In this document: positions 7,938 through 20,800 of the stretch, in pieces
Layout of the letters: every line of letters begins with the position of its first letter
Position numbering within the stretch: the first letter of the stretch is position 1
DNA from: Piptocephalis cylindrospora
Taxonomy: Eukaryota
Length of the DNA stretch: 33,182 nt
Direction of reading: 5' to 3'
Assembly (NCBI GenBank): GCA_003614145.1
Contig: KZ987742.1
Coordinates: forward strand, 1 to 33,182
Translations under genes and position numbers: made by a program
Notes under the pieces: generated by a model
The model's input: only the letters and a program-made list of their open reading frames with translations
Told to the model about the DNA's origin: nothing
Database searches by the model: none

Positions 7938-10900
7938 CTACTTTCCCCCGCTCATCAACTTGGCAATGCTCAGTTCGGCCCTGGTGATGGTGAGATCGGC
8001 CTCGAGGCTAGCGATGCGTTCGGTACTTTGGTGCTGCTCATCGGCCCTGGCCTTGCGTTCCCGTTCTAGCTGGGACTCAAGATCCCGAGCCTTTCGTTCA
8101 CTCAGGGCTACATCCCTGGATTTGCTCCGGCTCCCCGGGGGGGATTTGAGGGCCTGAGCCCGCTGGGATCTAGGGCCTAGAGAGTCGGCTTCGGCTAGTT
8201 CGAACTGGGCCATCTCCAGCTTTCGGATCTTGTTCTTCAAATCAGCTACCAACGATCGACTGGCCCTGCGTTCATCCTCCAACTCAATGATCATTTCCTT
8301 TTGCTCCTCGATAGCTTGACTCATTTCTGTTTGCTGCTGTGATCCTGGAAGGAGAGATAATTAGGGAGATGATAGGATGGGTGGTGAATGAGAAATGAAC
8401 CTACCTTGAAAGTGGGCCATAGAGTACCGAGTGGAGAGATCCCGTTCCACACGGGCTTGAGCCCCCTGAAGCTCCTCCTTGGCCGTGATCACCTGGCCCT
8501 CGAGGGCAGCCATCTTTTGGTTGGACCAAGCCACTTGAGATTGCAAGGCCTGGATAGTCAGTTCCTTACCTTCGCCCTCTACAGACTCACGGGTCTCCCC
8601 CTCCTTGGAATCTCCTAGAGAGGTAAGGGCTGCCAGTTGCTCCTCCAGTACCCTAATTCGTTCATCCTTGTTCCTTCCCTCCTCCACTTGCTTTTGAATC
8701 ACCACATCTGATTGATGAAGAAACGTTGAGCTTGACGTTGCCAGATGGACAATGGCACTGGATGGCCCATTTGGCCCTTCCAAATTCATCTTGGCTGAGA
8801 GAGAGGAGGAAGTAATGATGAGATTGGTCAAGTGTTCTATCCTTTCCTTGAGTGCGGTCCTTGTCAGTTGCATCTCCATTAACTCATCCTCGATACGAGC
8901 ATTGGCTGAGGCAGCCTCGGAAGTATCGGACGTAGTGAGAGAATGAACGTCCTTTTCAAAGGCCTCGTTTGTATGGACCAATTTGGCCTTGAGTTCCATG
9001 ATCTCCAGTCGATACTTTTGAAGCAGAGCCTTGTCATCGAGGATCTGGGGATGAAATATAATAGGTGTGAATCGTCTGCAAACAAAGAGGATATTCCCAA
9101 ACGTTCATTGCAAACTCCTACCCTATTTGTAGTGGCTGTGGTCGTGACCTTCTTGAGCCTTTGAGCAAAGCGAAGGGTGTTAATACTTTCTCCGTACGCC
9201 CTTCCTGTAGGGCATAGGGTACAGATAACCACGACACGGGCATTGCCGCTTAGAGAAGGCTGGAGGATTCGCGTAAGCTTGGAATCTCGATAAGGAATGT
9301 GAGATCTAAGGAGGAGCGGCGAGGAGGTAAGGTTGAGATGTACAATATACAATGCCCTGACATTGTACTTACGGGTCCTCTTCGGATAGCTTGTGAATAA
9401 CGTTGCCTAAAGTCAGAAGACTTGAGGGGTGATCCTGTCAGTAAAGGCGGGCCACAATGACAAGGATATGACAAACCTCTTATTGATGAATGATGCCTCC
9501 TTTCGTCTTTCCTCATCCTCCGAGGCCTTTTCAGATCCAGCAAGATCGATCAAGTTCTATCGAGGGGGATAATGGGAGGGATATGTATAAGGAATACAAG
9601 TGTTATAATTGCTCTTCATCTCATAATCACTTTCTACAGCACTATGCTCATTAGAAAGAAAGGAGACCAATGCCTACCAGCTGTGAAAAGCGAATACTGG
9701 CCCCAAGGCTCATGTTAGATCCTCGGCCAGTTCGTCGACTATGATACTTGGACACTCCTCGTTTTCTGCTCTCTACAATCTACTTGGCATGGCGATCATC
9801 AAATGTCCAAGGGGAGGAGGGAAAGGCCAGTCAGCTTAGAGGCCCTTTTTATCTCCACCAAGCCGAAAAAAGATGAAAAGGACGGACAATCTGAAGGATA
9901 GTATGAGACCGACTACTGCGCTCATTGAACTCAGTGGCGCTAGTATGTCGGTTGGCTATGGAGTGGATAGAGTGAGTAAGGCATCTTAAATGGAATCGCC
10001 TTTCTCATTTACTTACCCTCTCCTCTCCTTAAAATACCCATGACTTGCACTGGAGACGTGACAATTTCTTCTCGTAGAGGACTCAGATAGACTCCCCTCT
10101 ATTAGGGATATAAGAAAGGTTTGTGTTAGCCAATCCGTCCTACTCTTTTACCTTTCTCATCTTCTTGGTTTCACTAACCCGTTTATCCTCCATGATTCTG
10201 GGCTCATTAGAATCGCTGGACAAGAGATCGCGAATGGATTCATTGTACACCTCAAGATAGGCCACACGAAGCAAATATTCCCTCTTCTCCGTGGCTTGCT
10301 CCCGGATATAGCCAAAGATATCGGAAATACTCATACCAATGATTCCAGGTTGCTTATGCTCACCTATATGGAGGTAGGAGGGCGCTTAGGGATACAATGT
10401 AATTCATGTATGAGGTCTTGGACACATGTCTTACCACTCTATTGCAGTGGTTGATTATTATTGGAAGGAGGTTTTAGTGGTCCACCTCCGACGACGCTAT
10501 CCGATACTTTTCCGTAACCAAAAATCCATCTCTTACCATGGTCTATGAATAAGGTGAATGGCGGAAGAGAATGGAGGGATGGTGAGCTTGACACACGCTT
10601 ACACCCAAGAGTCCCCCAAACCACATACCCTCCCAGGGTATATAAACCTCGTTTACGTACATAAGTCTTTCCAGAGGCGGTTTGGCCATAGGCCAATACC
10701 GTGGCACTTACTCCCTCCATCACAGACCTATAGGGAGAGGAGAGAAGGTGTATGAGCAAGGGCAAATAAGTGTCATGATACTTGACCCTATCCATCGCAA
10801 GAAAGTATAGAACTTACCGGATGAAAGGCTTCACATTAGCATCATACAAGGTAGAATTTTCACTGCTCGAAAGGACTGAATCTGCAAGGACAGGGTCATT

Positions 10901-11273
10901 GGTGTTTAGCTCCATTCTAGAGGGCGAGGTGACGCATTAGCACATATCGGTGTCCGCTCTTCTTACCATAGGAATACAGTGTGGAGGGTCGACCAGTCGA
11001 GGCGGAAAAGGTCGGGTCAAGGGAAATATGTTGATCCTTGTCAATCTGCCATATCCCCCCTTCCTCGGGTTCTTCCAAGGAAGCCTGAGTCTTCTCCTCC
11101 TCCGAGGATGGCCTTACCCGGACAAGGACCCGAATATTCTCAGGTTTGGTATCCATGGAGGTGGTGGTCCCAGTCATGGATGATGAGTCGGAAGGGGGAG
11201 GGGATCGTCGGCGTCGTGGGGATAGGGAGGAGCTACCCGCGGGGGTGAGCGACCGTCTGCCGGACAGGGTCAT
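7938..11273 (-). CDS. Kinesin-7 family (Kip2/CENP-E-like) motor, ~747 aa, 14 exons: 11273-10967, 10881-10818, 10727-10661, 10542-10537, 10438-10435, 10363-10179, 10098-10017, 9955-9888, 9779-9678, 9556-9477, 9420-9373, 9305-9122, 9044-8405, 8344-7938
   Basis: Spliced product has NIRVLVRVRP, AYGQTASGKTYTMSG (P-loop), YLEVYNESIRDLL, NERSSRSHTI, LNLIDLAGSE, INKSLLTLGNVI, HIPYRDSKLTRILQPSLSGNA, TLRFAQR, then DDKALLQKYRLEI and coiled coil. All 13 introns are GT-AG; exons total 2244 nt, in frame. Confidence 0.92.
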
Positions 11274-11984
11274 GGCCAGCTTGGAAAGGGAAGGAAGAAA
11301 GGAGTCGACCGAGGTGATTGGAATGCTTGTATGGGCTTCTTTGAAGGAGTCTCTTGGTCCTCTCAATACTGGCCGAAAGGGAGGGAGAGGTCAAAATGGA
11401 GATGATGGATTTAGGCGTGTAAGGAGGGGCAAATTGCCCCACGGCGGAAGGCTCCCCTACCTTGAAAGCATACGCCTCACTTTAAATACAATGTGGGGAT
11501 CCCCACCAAGAGAGAGCTTCGCTCTTGGCCCTCCCCAATCGCTTTTCACATTCCGATGGTGGGTTTCATTCTCCAATGGCAACTCCGCCCTTTCCTTGAC
11601 CTTGCCACCTTCTAGATGTGTTGCATATAGCGTCTAGGACATGGCACCGTGCGCATCAATGCTACGAGGAGAATGGGCAGCGCCATGGGATAGCCTTGAT
11701 GACGTGTACGCCTTCTCTGGCGCATCTAGAGTTCAATGGGGAACGTGGGGAAAAGTGGGATCAAAGATCATCGGTAAGGGAAGAAGTATCCCATAAAACA
11801 ATGCAAAATATTGGTGGATTCGAGCGTTAATTGATTCGGCACAGATGATTGATCATCAAAGCATCCTCCCCATTTATTTCTAACCCTTTCAGTTCACAAC
11901 ACCCCCAATCGGACGTACTCATACCACGCTGTTTTTCCCCCTTCCCCAAAGAATGAACACAAAGTAATGGTTCCCCCGGGCGCT

Positions 11985-13737
11985 CTAGGAAGACATAGGG
12001 ACCTTGACAGGGACAAGTTGACGGGTCAGGAGATTGAACATGCTACCAAAGAAGAGGGCTACAGTGGTACAGGTCAGGGTAATGACATTGTAAGGCATAC
12101 TAAAATCCGGGGTGGGAAGGCTGACGAGGAGGGGAGAGGTGTAAAGCCTCCAAGGCCCACCATCCGCATCCTCCGATGATACTTGACCTGGCCGGTGATG
12201 CAGGGTGAGGATGGCGGGGGGAAGGTCAAAACCCCTGTTGGCGTCCGGAGGATGCTCCGAGTACTTGAGCATGGCCCGATCCACATCCAGGACTAGGGTA
12301 AGGATGGAGGACGGAGGCAGCTGGAGAATGAGTTCAATAATCGAAGGTCGTTCACGATCCCGGGCTGTCTGGTATCTCTGGGCTTGGATGACCTCTGGGG
12401 CCAGAGTACCATTGATGGTGGCAGTGAGGGTGGAGAGGTAGGGCCGAAGATACCATGGGATGACATCCAGATAAGTGGCTGGAATTGATTCAGAGGGATG
12501 GGTGTTTGTAATTGTGATGACAAATTTTCCTCCATCTTGCCCTGTCCCAGCTAATCGACGATTGACTCGGATGGAGGAAAAGGAAGAAGAAGAGTAAGAG
12601 AGGTTGGTGCCCTTGGAGAGTAAGGTAATCACCTTATTCCATCCCTCTTGCGCTTCAGAAGAATCAGTATCCACCAGGGATAACATATGGTCATTTCCTT
12701 GCGCATCAATGGCCTGGATGGTGGAATCAAGGGCCACGGGACATGAATCGAGGGGGAGGACTTCTCCGAAGCTCGTGGAAAGGTCGAATGACCCTTGCTC
12801 TCCAGTATCATCGCCTGATTTTAAGACTGTGGTCACCAGCTGAGTGACCTCCCAATAGGGGGAGAAGCACTTTTCCTCCATTTCTTCATCCTCATCATTC
12901 CCATCTTCCTCAGAATGAGAACAGAGTCGACGGACATGAATGCTAATCACATGGAAAGTGGAGGAGAGAATGGTGTGGGGACTGAGGAGTCGGGCGATAC
13001 CTGCCTGATCTCGACAGGGTAGTTGCTTGATGAAGGGTGTAAGGTTCTCCGTGCATAAACTTTCATGGGCCAGAGAAGAGCGCATGAGACGGGCCCTGGG
13101 GCTGACGTGCCCCAGAGGAGGGAATGAGAGAGCCGGGGAGGCCGTGGTGGTAGAGTCCATAAAGTTGAGGGAGGCGCAGAAGAGACCAGCCATGGCTCCA
13201 GTCAATCGACCCCATCGATCCTGCATCTCTCGGTACGAGGAAATGGGATCTTCCCCTTCGTCTTCATTCAAAGGTGATGTAGGCTTCTGAGGGGTTAGGT
13301 AAGCCCATAGGTCTGCTCCAGAACCAACTGATTCAACTGGAGGGTAGCCCCATCGTTGATGATCCCACTGTCCACGACCTAGGGTAAAGTGAAGTTCGTC
13401 TGCCTGATACTCCTGGACAATATCACCAATGGCTCGTGGAAAAATGTGGTAATGGTGGCCTGGAAAGGCCCATTGGAGGGGTGAGTGAATCGCAAAGCTA
13501 GATAATATATGCCCCACAAGCTCACTTACCATAGGACCCATCATCCTGGGTGAGCGGTACTCGCGTGGTAAAGTTAAAATGGGCAAGGAGGCGATGGTGC
13601 GGAAGTGGGGAGAGTCGTAGATGCTCGGAAAAGTACTCTCCTCCTTGGTTCTCGGCCATCGTAGCCTCTGCCCTGACAGAAGCAACTGCTAGTAGGAGGG
13701 AGAGAAGTAGACATTTTTGCCAAGGCCTGCGGATCAT
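11985..13737 (-). CDS. GPI16: GPI transamidase subunit PIG-T/Gpi16, ~560 aa; exons 13737-13530 and 13459-11985
   Basis: Signal peptide, then EYFSEHLRLSPLPHHRLLAHFNF; intron 13529-13460 (GTAAGT...CAG); HYHIFPRAIG, GLFCASLNF, ESLCTENLTPFIKQLPC, YSEHPPDANRGFDLP, LPTPDFSMPYNVITLTCT plus C-terminal TM. Confidence 0.96.
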
Positions 13738-14031
13738 ATCGTGTGTTGAGGGCAGCGAAAATAGGTGAAAAGGAGGAGCGGCAAGGGGCGAGGTTGTATC
13801 AGAGACAGGATGGAAGGATGAGAGGTGAGGAGAGGTAGGGGATACACAAACACAGAGGGCAGGAAGGGAGGGGCGGACATGGCTGGCAGGCTTTCCCATG
13901 GGCGGTTTAAATAAACCTAAATCGGAGTGCACTCCACTTGTCTTTGGCCCACATAGTTCCGTTTGCGCCCACTATTCCTGCTTATTCACCACCGCTGCCA
14001 ACAACAAATAGTCCCTACCTTGGTCATTTGG

Positions 14032-14037
14032 ACGCGT
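14032..14037. promoter_or_regulatory. MCB-like ACGCGT site just upstream of the RAD51 paralogue
   Basis: ACGCGT ends 25 nt before ATG14062 in the 324-bp divergent intergenic region; a single 6-mer can occur by chance. Confidence 0.25.
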
Positions 14038-14061
14038 TTTGATCCTGCCTAGTAGCCCTAG

Positions 14062-15216
14062 ATGCCTGCTACCCTGGGATCACTCTTGTGTCGAGAGGAT
14101 GTCCAAGTGCTTGGGAGACTTCAGCCGCCTATTAGAACCTTGGAAGATATGATGCTCTGGCCACTGATTGGATTGGTTGAGGGGACCAACTGGACTCATG
14201 GAAAAGTTGCAGATCTTCGTGATCGGGTAGCCCAAGCACTGGTCTCAAGCCCAAGAATCCCGCCTGGGTCCGAAGTCTCTACGTCATGCCCAGGCTTGGG
14301 ATGCCCCGTGCTGGATGCCGCCCTCATCGGGGAACAGGGGCTTCGAGTGGGGACGGTGACTGAGATAGTGGGGCCAGCAGGAGTTGGGAAAACTCAATTG
14401 GCTCTTACTTCCACTGCAGCCTTCCTTATGCAAGATCAGACCAGGCATATGGTCTTCCTCGATGCAGAGAATACCTTTCGTCCCGAACGCCTTTATGAAA
14501 TTCTTAAAAATCGCCGTGACCGTCATGCCCATGTCGATGAAGACGCTTTGATTCGCAAGGACATGGATCGAGTACACATTGCGGCGGTGCGCCGACCAAA
14601 GGACATTGCTGTGAGGCTGGAGCAGGTCGGCCGATGGAAAAAGCAAGGTGGGATCGGCCTGATCGTCCTAGATTCCGTGGCCGCCATCTACCGGTATCTG
14701 GAGGAAAAGGGGCATTCATCCCTTGGGTCTCATTCAAACCAAGCTAACCATGTGGGGGTAATGCGGAATGCATTGACTGAGCGACAAGGGCAGCTCGGTC
14801 AATTAGCCTCCCTGCTGAAAGCCACTTCCCAGGACCTTGAGGCCTCTGTACTGGTGGTAAATCAGGTAACTGGGCGTGGATTTGCCTCCACATCGTTATC
14901 CGGGACTGGGACTGAAAATGGGCCAGGGGGAGGGGAACTTGGGGTAGAAGCAGCCTTGGGGCACTTTTGGTGCCATTCTATCACCAATCGCATTTTTCTT
15001 TCCCGACCCGACGAATCGTCGGGTCCATGGCCTGGATCCATTTATTCTCTTCATCCACCGAGTATTCATCCATCCAATCCGTCCAAGTCCGAGCGCCCTC
15101 AAGACTCCCCTTGTCGCACCATGCGCTTAGTCAAGTGCCCTTACCGTCCTACGGGGATAGAAGTATCTTACACCATTGCCCTCGGTGGCGTTTTTGGAAG
15201 GGAGAAGGATCGATGA
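14062..15216 (+). CDS. RAD51 paralogue (RecA-family ATPase; motifs closest to RAD51B), 384 aa
   Basis: TEIVGPAGVGKTQL (Walker A), FLDAENTFRPERL, LIVLDSVAA (Walker B), ERQGQLGQLASLLK, VLVVNQVT, AALGHFWCHSITNRIFL. Confidence 0.9.
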   Translation: MPATLGSLLCREDVQVLGRLQPPIRTLEDMMLWPLIGLVEGTNWTHGKVADLRDRVAQALVSSPRIPPGSEVSTSCPGLGCPVLDAALIGEQGLRVGTVTEIVGPAGVGKTQLALTSTAAFLMQDQTRHMVFLDAENTFRPERLYEILKNRRDRHAHVDEDALIRKDMDRVHIAAVRRPKDIAVRLEQVGRWKKQGGIGLIVLDSVAAIYRYLEEKGHSSLGSHSNQANHVGVMRNALTERQGQLGQLASLLKATSQDLEASVLVVNQVTGRGFASTSLSGTGTENGPGGGELGVEAALGHFWCHSITNRIFLSRPDESSGPWPGSIYSLHPPSIHPSNPSKSERPQDSPCRTMRLVKCPYRPTGIEVSYTIALGGVFGREKDR

Positions 15217-15837
15217 CACCATCAGGATCATCTAGATCATTTGATTGGCGCTCTCTTTCCGTGTAGATTTTGCTCTTCAGAAGAAATGTACCTTCTTCAT
15301 GGGTTCACTCTATCGTGAACCATTTTGATCATTTCCTGTAGTGGCTGCGTGTGGAGGGATTCCTTTATTATTGAGGGCATGATTCTTGAAGGTTTTTGGG
15401 CAACAGGATCATGCTAATGGACATTCTCCGTGCCTCTCTCATCCTCTCGTATAATCTACTCGATGGAAATCCTCTTTATCTCTTCTATAGCTATAGTTGG
15501 GGAGTAAAAAAGGGAATGGCTTTCATCTGCCTTCACTCCTACTTATCATTTCTTGTTCCTTTGCTTTGAAAAACCATTTGTTTTCTGGCCTCTATACCAA
15601 CTATGTTGTTCTGTAAGGTTTACTTACAAAAAATATCATTCCTTATTCCTCGCTCATGTACTGCACACCAGAAGAGTCAAAATTAAAATTAAAATTGAAA
15701 AATACAGTTTTGATTGTCATCACTGTCTTCTGATCGAGGCCGATTTATCTTTTTATCCTTATGCACATAGTCTAACGCGATCCCCATTTCCCTCTCTCTT
15801 TAAATCTCGTTGTTGCTCGACCCATCCTCCTTTTTCT

Positions 15838-17721
15838 ATGCATAAAACGGTACTTGTAAGGTGCTCAGGACGCCCATGGGGATCATCATCCCACCTGAAT
15901 AAGACACGGTCCTTCTGGTGCCCCTCGTCGCGTCGGTGGTACGGCAAAGGCCGGTCCAAGGAGCGGCAAGAAGCAGATCCATCCAGGGGCTGGGAGATAC
16001 TTAGCACTAAAAAAGCCACCTTTACGCCCATAAAGCCAAGCAAGGGCGGTTTGAAGCCTCCACGCCTTGCCCATAACCTAGAAAAGCTTACCTTAAAACG
16101 CGGCGTCACTCCCATACGCGACCCGGTCACCCAGGAGTACAACTTTCCCCCGTTTCTTCGATCTATCCCTTCCTTGGAGGATGTAGATCCGATTATCCTT
16201 TCCGGCTTTGTCCCTCCCTCCAAGGATGAGAAACTCCAGAATCTGGGGAAGATGCATGGTCAGCGGTTCGTCAGCTCCACCTCATCCATGACCGCTCTCC
16301 TTACGCAGCTTTTCTTCCTGATAACCAATCGCTCAGAAATTGCTACGCCCCTCACCTCAAAGAAAATGCGGCACGAGACCAACCGGTTTGTTCGATATCT
16401 TCTCCAGCCCATCTCCATCAGCATTACCTATCCCAATGACATTGCCGTGGTGGAGACGGACAGTGGTGGGGTAGATTTACCTGAGACTGAAGATGAGAAC
16501 GTTCTTTCTCCCCTGGGGCATCTGATGGAGCTCATGCTTACGACGCCAAAAGAAGAATTTCAAGCCTTTCTCCGTTCCCCTTCTAAAGAGACTTCCAAAT
16601 CCACTCCATCTCCAACCCTTCGCACCAGTGCTTATCATTATGCCAAAATGGCCAATATCCTCATACGGTCCCAGCTCGACTGTTATTCCCCTTACCTCTC
16701 TGGGTTTACCTTTGACCTGAAGAGTCGGGCCGCTTTGGCCATCCGGATGGACCCCGCCAACTATATGGTATGACATTTTCTCTGTGCAACTCGCTCCCTC
16801 CTCATTACTGCTTTTGCTCATATTTTCTTCTTGTAGTTACATCAAGGTTACGAGCTCTCTACTAGGACTGGGCCATTCAATTCATTTGAACGAGAGTATC
16901 ACGATATGGCCCGATCCACCATGATCAAGTACGCGCTTCAGGCCAGGCTGGGAGCCATGGATGGGGTATTTGTGGCCTACCACAACACTCGGGACATCTT
17001 TGGCTTCCAGTACATCTCTGTGCGAGAGATGGATAAAAGCGTTATGGGTAGCCATGATATGGGTAACAGGGTCTTCCAATTGACTATGACTCTCATGAGT
17101 AAGATCATGACCCGCCTTACCGAACGCTTTCCGAAGCAAGAATTCATCCTTACAGTTCATCGATCCTTTCCCGGGAAGATGACCTTATTTGTGGAGTTGA
17201 AGAGCAAGGAGACGGATAAGGAAGATGAATCCGTCTCCTCATCCAAGGGGGTCGATACACCATCCTCGATGGTCAATGTCCCCACTTCCCTCACCTCATC
17301 CATTAAAGCCCTGCTCTCCCTTCGACCCTTCCCATCCGACATTATTGCCAAAGGAAAGCTCTACAAATTCAAGGTTTCGGTCAAGAGCGTTATCAATGGT
17401 AGGGATATGGAGGACACACCAATCAAGCTTGCCGATAATGGCTCAGATCATTGGGGCGTCCTGTGGAGGATGGAGGAGGTGAACCTGCAACAGATGAAGG
17501 ATCAAGAGAGCAAGAAGGTCCTGGACGAGTACGCTAGACTCCGTAATTCTGTGACTGAAACCAGAATTGGCCTTCGCTTCCCTGGTTGGAGTCAGAATGA
17601 CGAGAAACCCAGGTCCCTCATCCACACTCTTCGAGCGATTAGCGGTCGAGGGTCCGAGCTAATGGATAGTCGAGGCATCCTTACAGTTCGCCATCGCCCC
17701 TCCCCTGGCGGGACAGCATGA
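15838..17721 (+). CDS. PET127: Mitochondrial RNA-processing protein Pet127, ~604 aa; exons 15838-16767 and 16837-17721
   Basis: Basic presequence-like N-terminus; PRLAHNL...RDPVTQEYNFPPFL, PPSKDEKL, SSTSSMT, IRSQLDC, FDLKSRA, FEREYHDMARSTMIKYALQARLGAMDGVFVAYHNT, FGFQYIS. Intron 16768-16836 (GTATGA...TAG) is in phase. Confidence 0.93.
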
Positions 17722-17860
17722 ACTTTGTTATTACTAATGGGTATGGATCCAGTTTTTTTTTACTATGCATAAGAGTGCCCAAGATAGAGTACTTTGGCAA
17801 AGATATCAAATGTCCTGTATTTGCTTTCCCATTCCCACAACGCTACGCAACCTAATTGAT

Positions 17861-20800
17861 TTATGCTTCCTCATCATCATCCAATTGATTGATCATGGCT
17901 GCATAATCATCAAAGGAGGCAAATGTCGGCAGAGCCACCTTCTTTCGCTTCTTCCTCGGATCTATCGTAATTGGGAGAGTAGGATATGAGTGTGAATGTA
18001 AAGAAGATTTTGTCCATGGGATAAATAAAAAAGTAACTTACGGGACTCTTCCTCCTCTTCTTGCTCTTCAACCTGACCTTGCTCTTCATCGCTTGGCATT
18101 AGATCTCCCTCGTCCTCAATACCAAATTCTTCATCTCCTCCCTCCATCTCAAACTCATCTTCTTCATCCTCCTCATCCTCTTCTTCCTCCTCCCCCTCCT
18201 CTCCGTCCTCAGCCATAGCTTCCATAAAGGCATCATCCTCATCCTCATCCTCTCCTTCCTCATCCTCATCAGCCGCCATCATGTCATCAAAACCACGCAT
18301 GGATGATTGCATGGCTCCCCATACCTCATCCTCATCAAAGCTCTCATCACCCCCATCATCCGCCTTGCCCTCCTCCTCAGAGGCCTCATCCATTTGCTCC
18401 TGACCCAGTAGGGCAGCCTCTACATCATCCCCATCACTGCCATCATCCTTGACCTTGGCTCCCTTCTTCTTGTCTTTACCCGCAAGCTTGCGGGCGGTAA
18501 AGTACTTGTGGAAGAAGACCTCATCGGCGGAAATAGCGTTGACATCCAAGTTGACAAAGGAGGAGTCTCGAACAGTGGCCCCTCCCTGAGCCCCCCCTTT
18601 CCTCCACATGATTCCTCCGCCCGTGTTCTGCATATGGGAGGCATCTCCTTGAGGTTGCATGAGAGAGGACCCCTTAGTAGTGGCTGTTTTCTTGGGGTTG
18701 CGGTAAACAAACTTGTCGAGGAAATGGGTTAGGGTGTGGATTTGGAGCTGAGGGGATTCCTGAATCGTCTCTCCACCCAATAGCTTTTCTGCCAATCGAG
18801 CCACGGATGGATGGAAGCATGCCGTCAAGTTTGTCTGAAGAGAGGAAAGGGAGTGAGTTGGTCATATTACCTCCTGGCCATAGAAAAATAGCCACTTTTT
18901 TTGGGAAAGAGAGAGAGGCAAGCTTCGTGCCGTAGCACAATAAGAAAATAACCTACCAATTCCCATAGACAGGATCGACCTGCCTGGGCATATCGTGGGT
19001 CCCGCTTGAAGCCATCGTACCCATCCTTGGTTCCTAGGGATTTCTTCGTATCCTCTTTGTTCTCTTCCTCGTCATCATCGGACTCAGGAACATCAACAAA
19101 ATGTTCCTCCCCATCATCGTCAGTCATCTCAGATTGAGTAAGCATGATGGTGAGTGCTGGCTTGGCTTTGATCACCTCCGAGGTCAGGTAAAGGACACCA
19201 CAGATGAAGGGGATTTGGTGGTAGGGGGAAATCTGGAGGAGACGCTTGACAAAGGCCTGGCACCGGTCTAGGACGTCATCGGCCTTAAGCGACTTGAAGA
19301 GGAGGTTGAGGAACAGGGCCTGCTTGCTCGAGTGGATGAGACGAGGATCGATGAGGACATCGTACAGGACGCGATAGTACCGATCCAAAGAGTGTTGGTG
19401 GGCATTGGTGACCTGGAACAGCAGTCTCAGAGCCTGGACCACAACGTTGAACGTCCCAGTATGGGTGACACGGAAGAGTGTATCGATGTGTTGATCATAG
19501 CTATTTTCAAAAAATACAGTAAAACGGTGAATGGAAAAGTATTCCTCGATCCCCTCGCAATCACCAAGCACTTACGAATCAGCGGCCAGCTTGGCAAAGG
19601 GAAAGGCACGATTGATGCCGGTGAGGACGGCGGAAATAATCTTGGATTCTAGCTCGGCTTCAACGTCAGCAGCCCGGTCGGCATCCTCAGCACGCTTCTT
19701 GGCCTTCCGATTGGCCTTCCCGGAGGTGTCCTGGGTTTGGGTAAGAATTGCGGGCTTTTCCTTGCGCTTCAGGAGAATTTTGCGGAAGATGGCAAAGTAG
19801 ACGTCAACGAGATGGTTAGCGGCGACCTGATCATCTGGACTGGCCGTGAGGATCATCTGATTGAGTGAGAGGACTCCGTAGTACTGGGCTCGAAGGGACA
19901 TGCCTTTGCGGAACAGATGCTCCTGAACCGCGCCGATGATAATATCCTTCATATTGGGATGCTTAACGAGGAGGGAGTGGATGAGATAAGTGGAGCGGGA
20001 GGCAACCTTCTTATCCAGATCTCCGAGCTTATTGACCAGGAGGGCCAAAAGATTCTGTTCTTGTTCGGGCTTCCCAGCCAGAAGTTCGTAGACATGGCCG
20101 ACCATGGCCTGACGCACATGAGGAAATGGGTCATGGGAAAGGGCCTCAATAGTTTGGATGAGGGAAAGGTACTGACGCTTCAGGGTATCTTCGTATGCCC
20201 AGGCTAGAAGGTGGGAATCGGTGACCCGGGGGTGGGAGAGGGCCTGATCCTGAAGGAAGGTTAGCTTGCGGTCGGGGAGGAGGTTGGAAAGGAGAAGATC
20301 CTTGAGGGCACCAATGGCCAGTGTGGCCTCCTTTCTGTGTCGTTTTCTCGCCATACCCAACAAGGTCTCCATGGTGCGGGCGGTGTGGATGGGCGATTCT
20401 TGAATAAGGAGGACGAGAGCTGAGACCTTATCGGACATGGTACCACTAGTCATCAGGGTCTTGAAGAAGGACTTGTCTCCACGGTTTAGGGAGGATCCCT
20501 TTTTCTCATATTGAGCCCCCTCGGTCTCCAGAAGTTCCTGGGCACGCTCCACCCTCTGTTGCACCTCTTCCTTCCCCACGGGCCTTCGGGAGGCTCTGGA
20601 TGTCGTGGTAAGAGGGGCGAGGTCTACGGTGTACCACACTGGTGTGGGTGTAATAATCTATGGGGGAAGGAGAGGGTGAGGATGGGCAAGCGGATGAGGA
20701 TTTGAATGTAGGCTTACCATAGAGTGTTTGGAATCAGTATGAATGGGTACGGCAATGGGAGGTTCTTCCTCCTCCTCCTCCTCGTCTTCATCATCCTCCT

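Noticed and set aside
11601..11609. PACE/Rpn4-like GGTGGCAAG (also at 5501)
   Set aside because: Imperfect match, not located upstream of RPN1, and compatible with chance.
15217..15837. Possible small gene between the RAD51 paralogue and PET127, and the upstream extension of ORF 15553
   Set aside because: Only short frames with no recognisable product; AT-rich and promoter-like. ATG15838 gives a plausible mitochondrial presequence.
16768..16773. TGA ending the first PET127 ORF as possible readthrough or selenocysteine
   Set aside because: It lies inside a canonical in-phase 69-nt intron.
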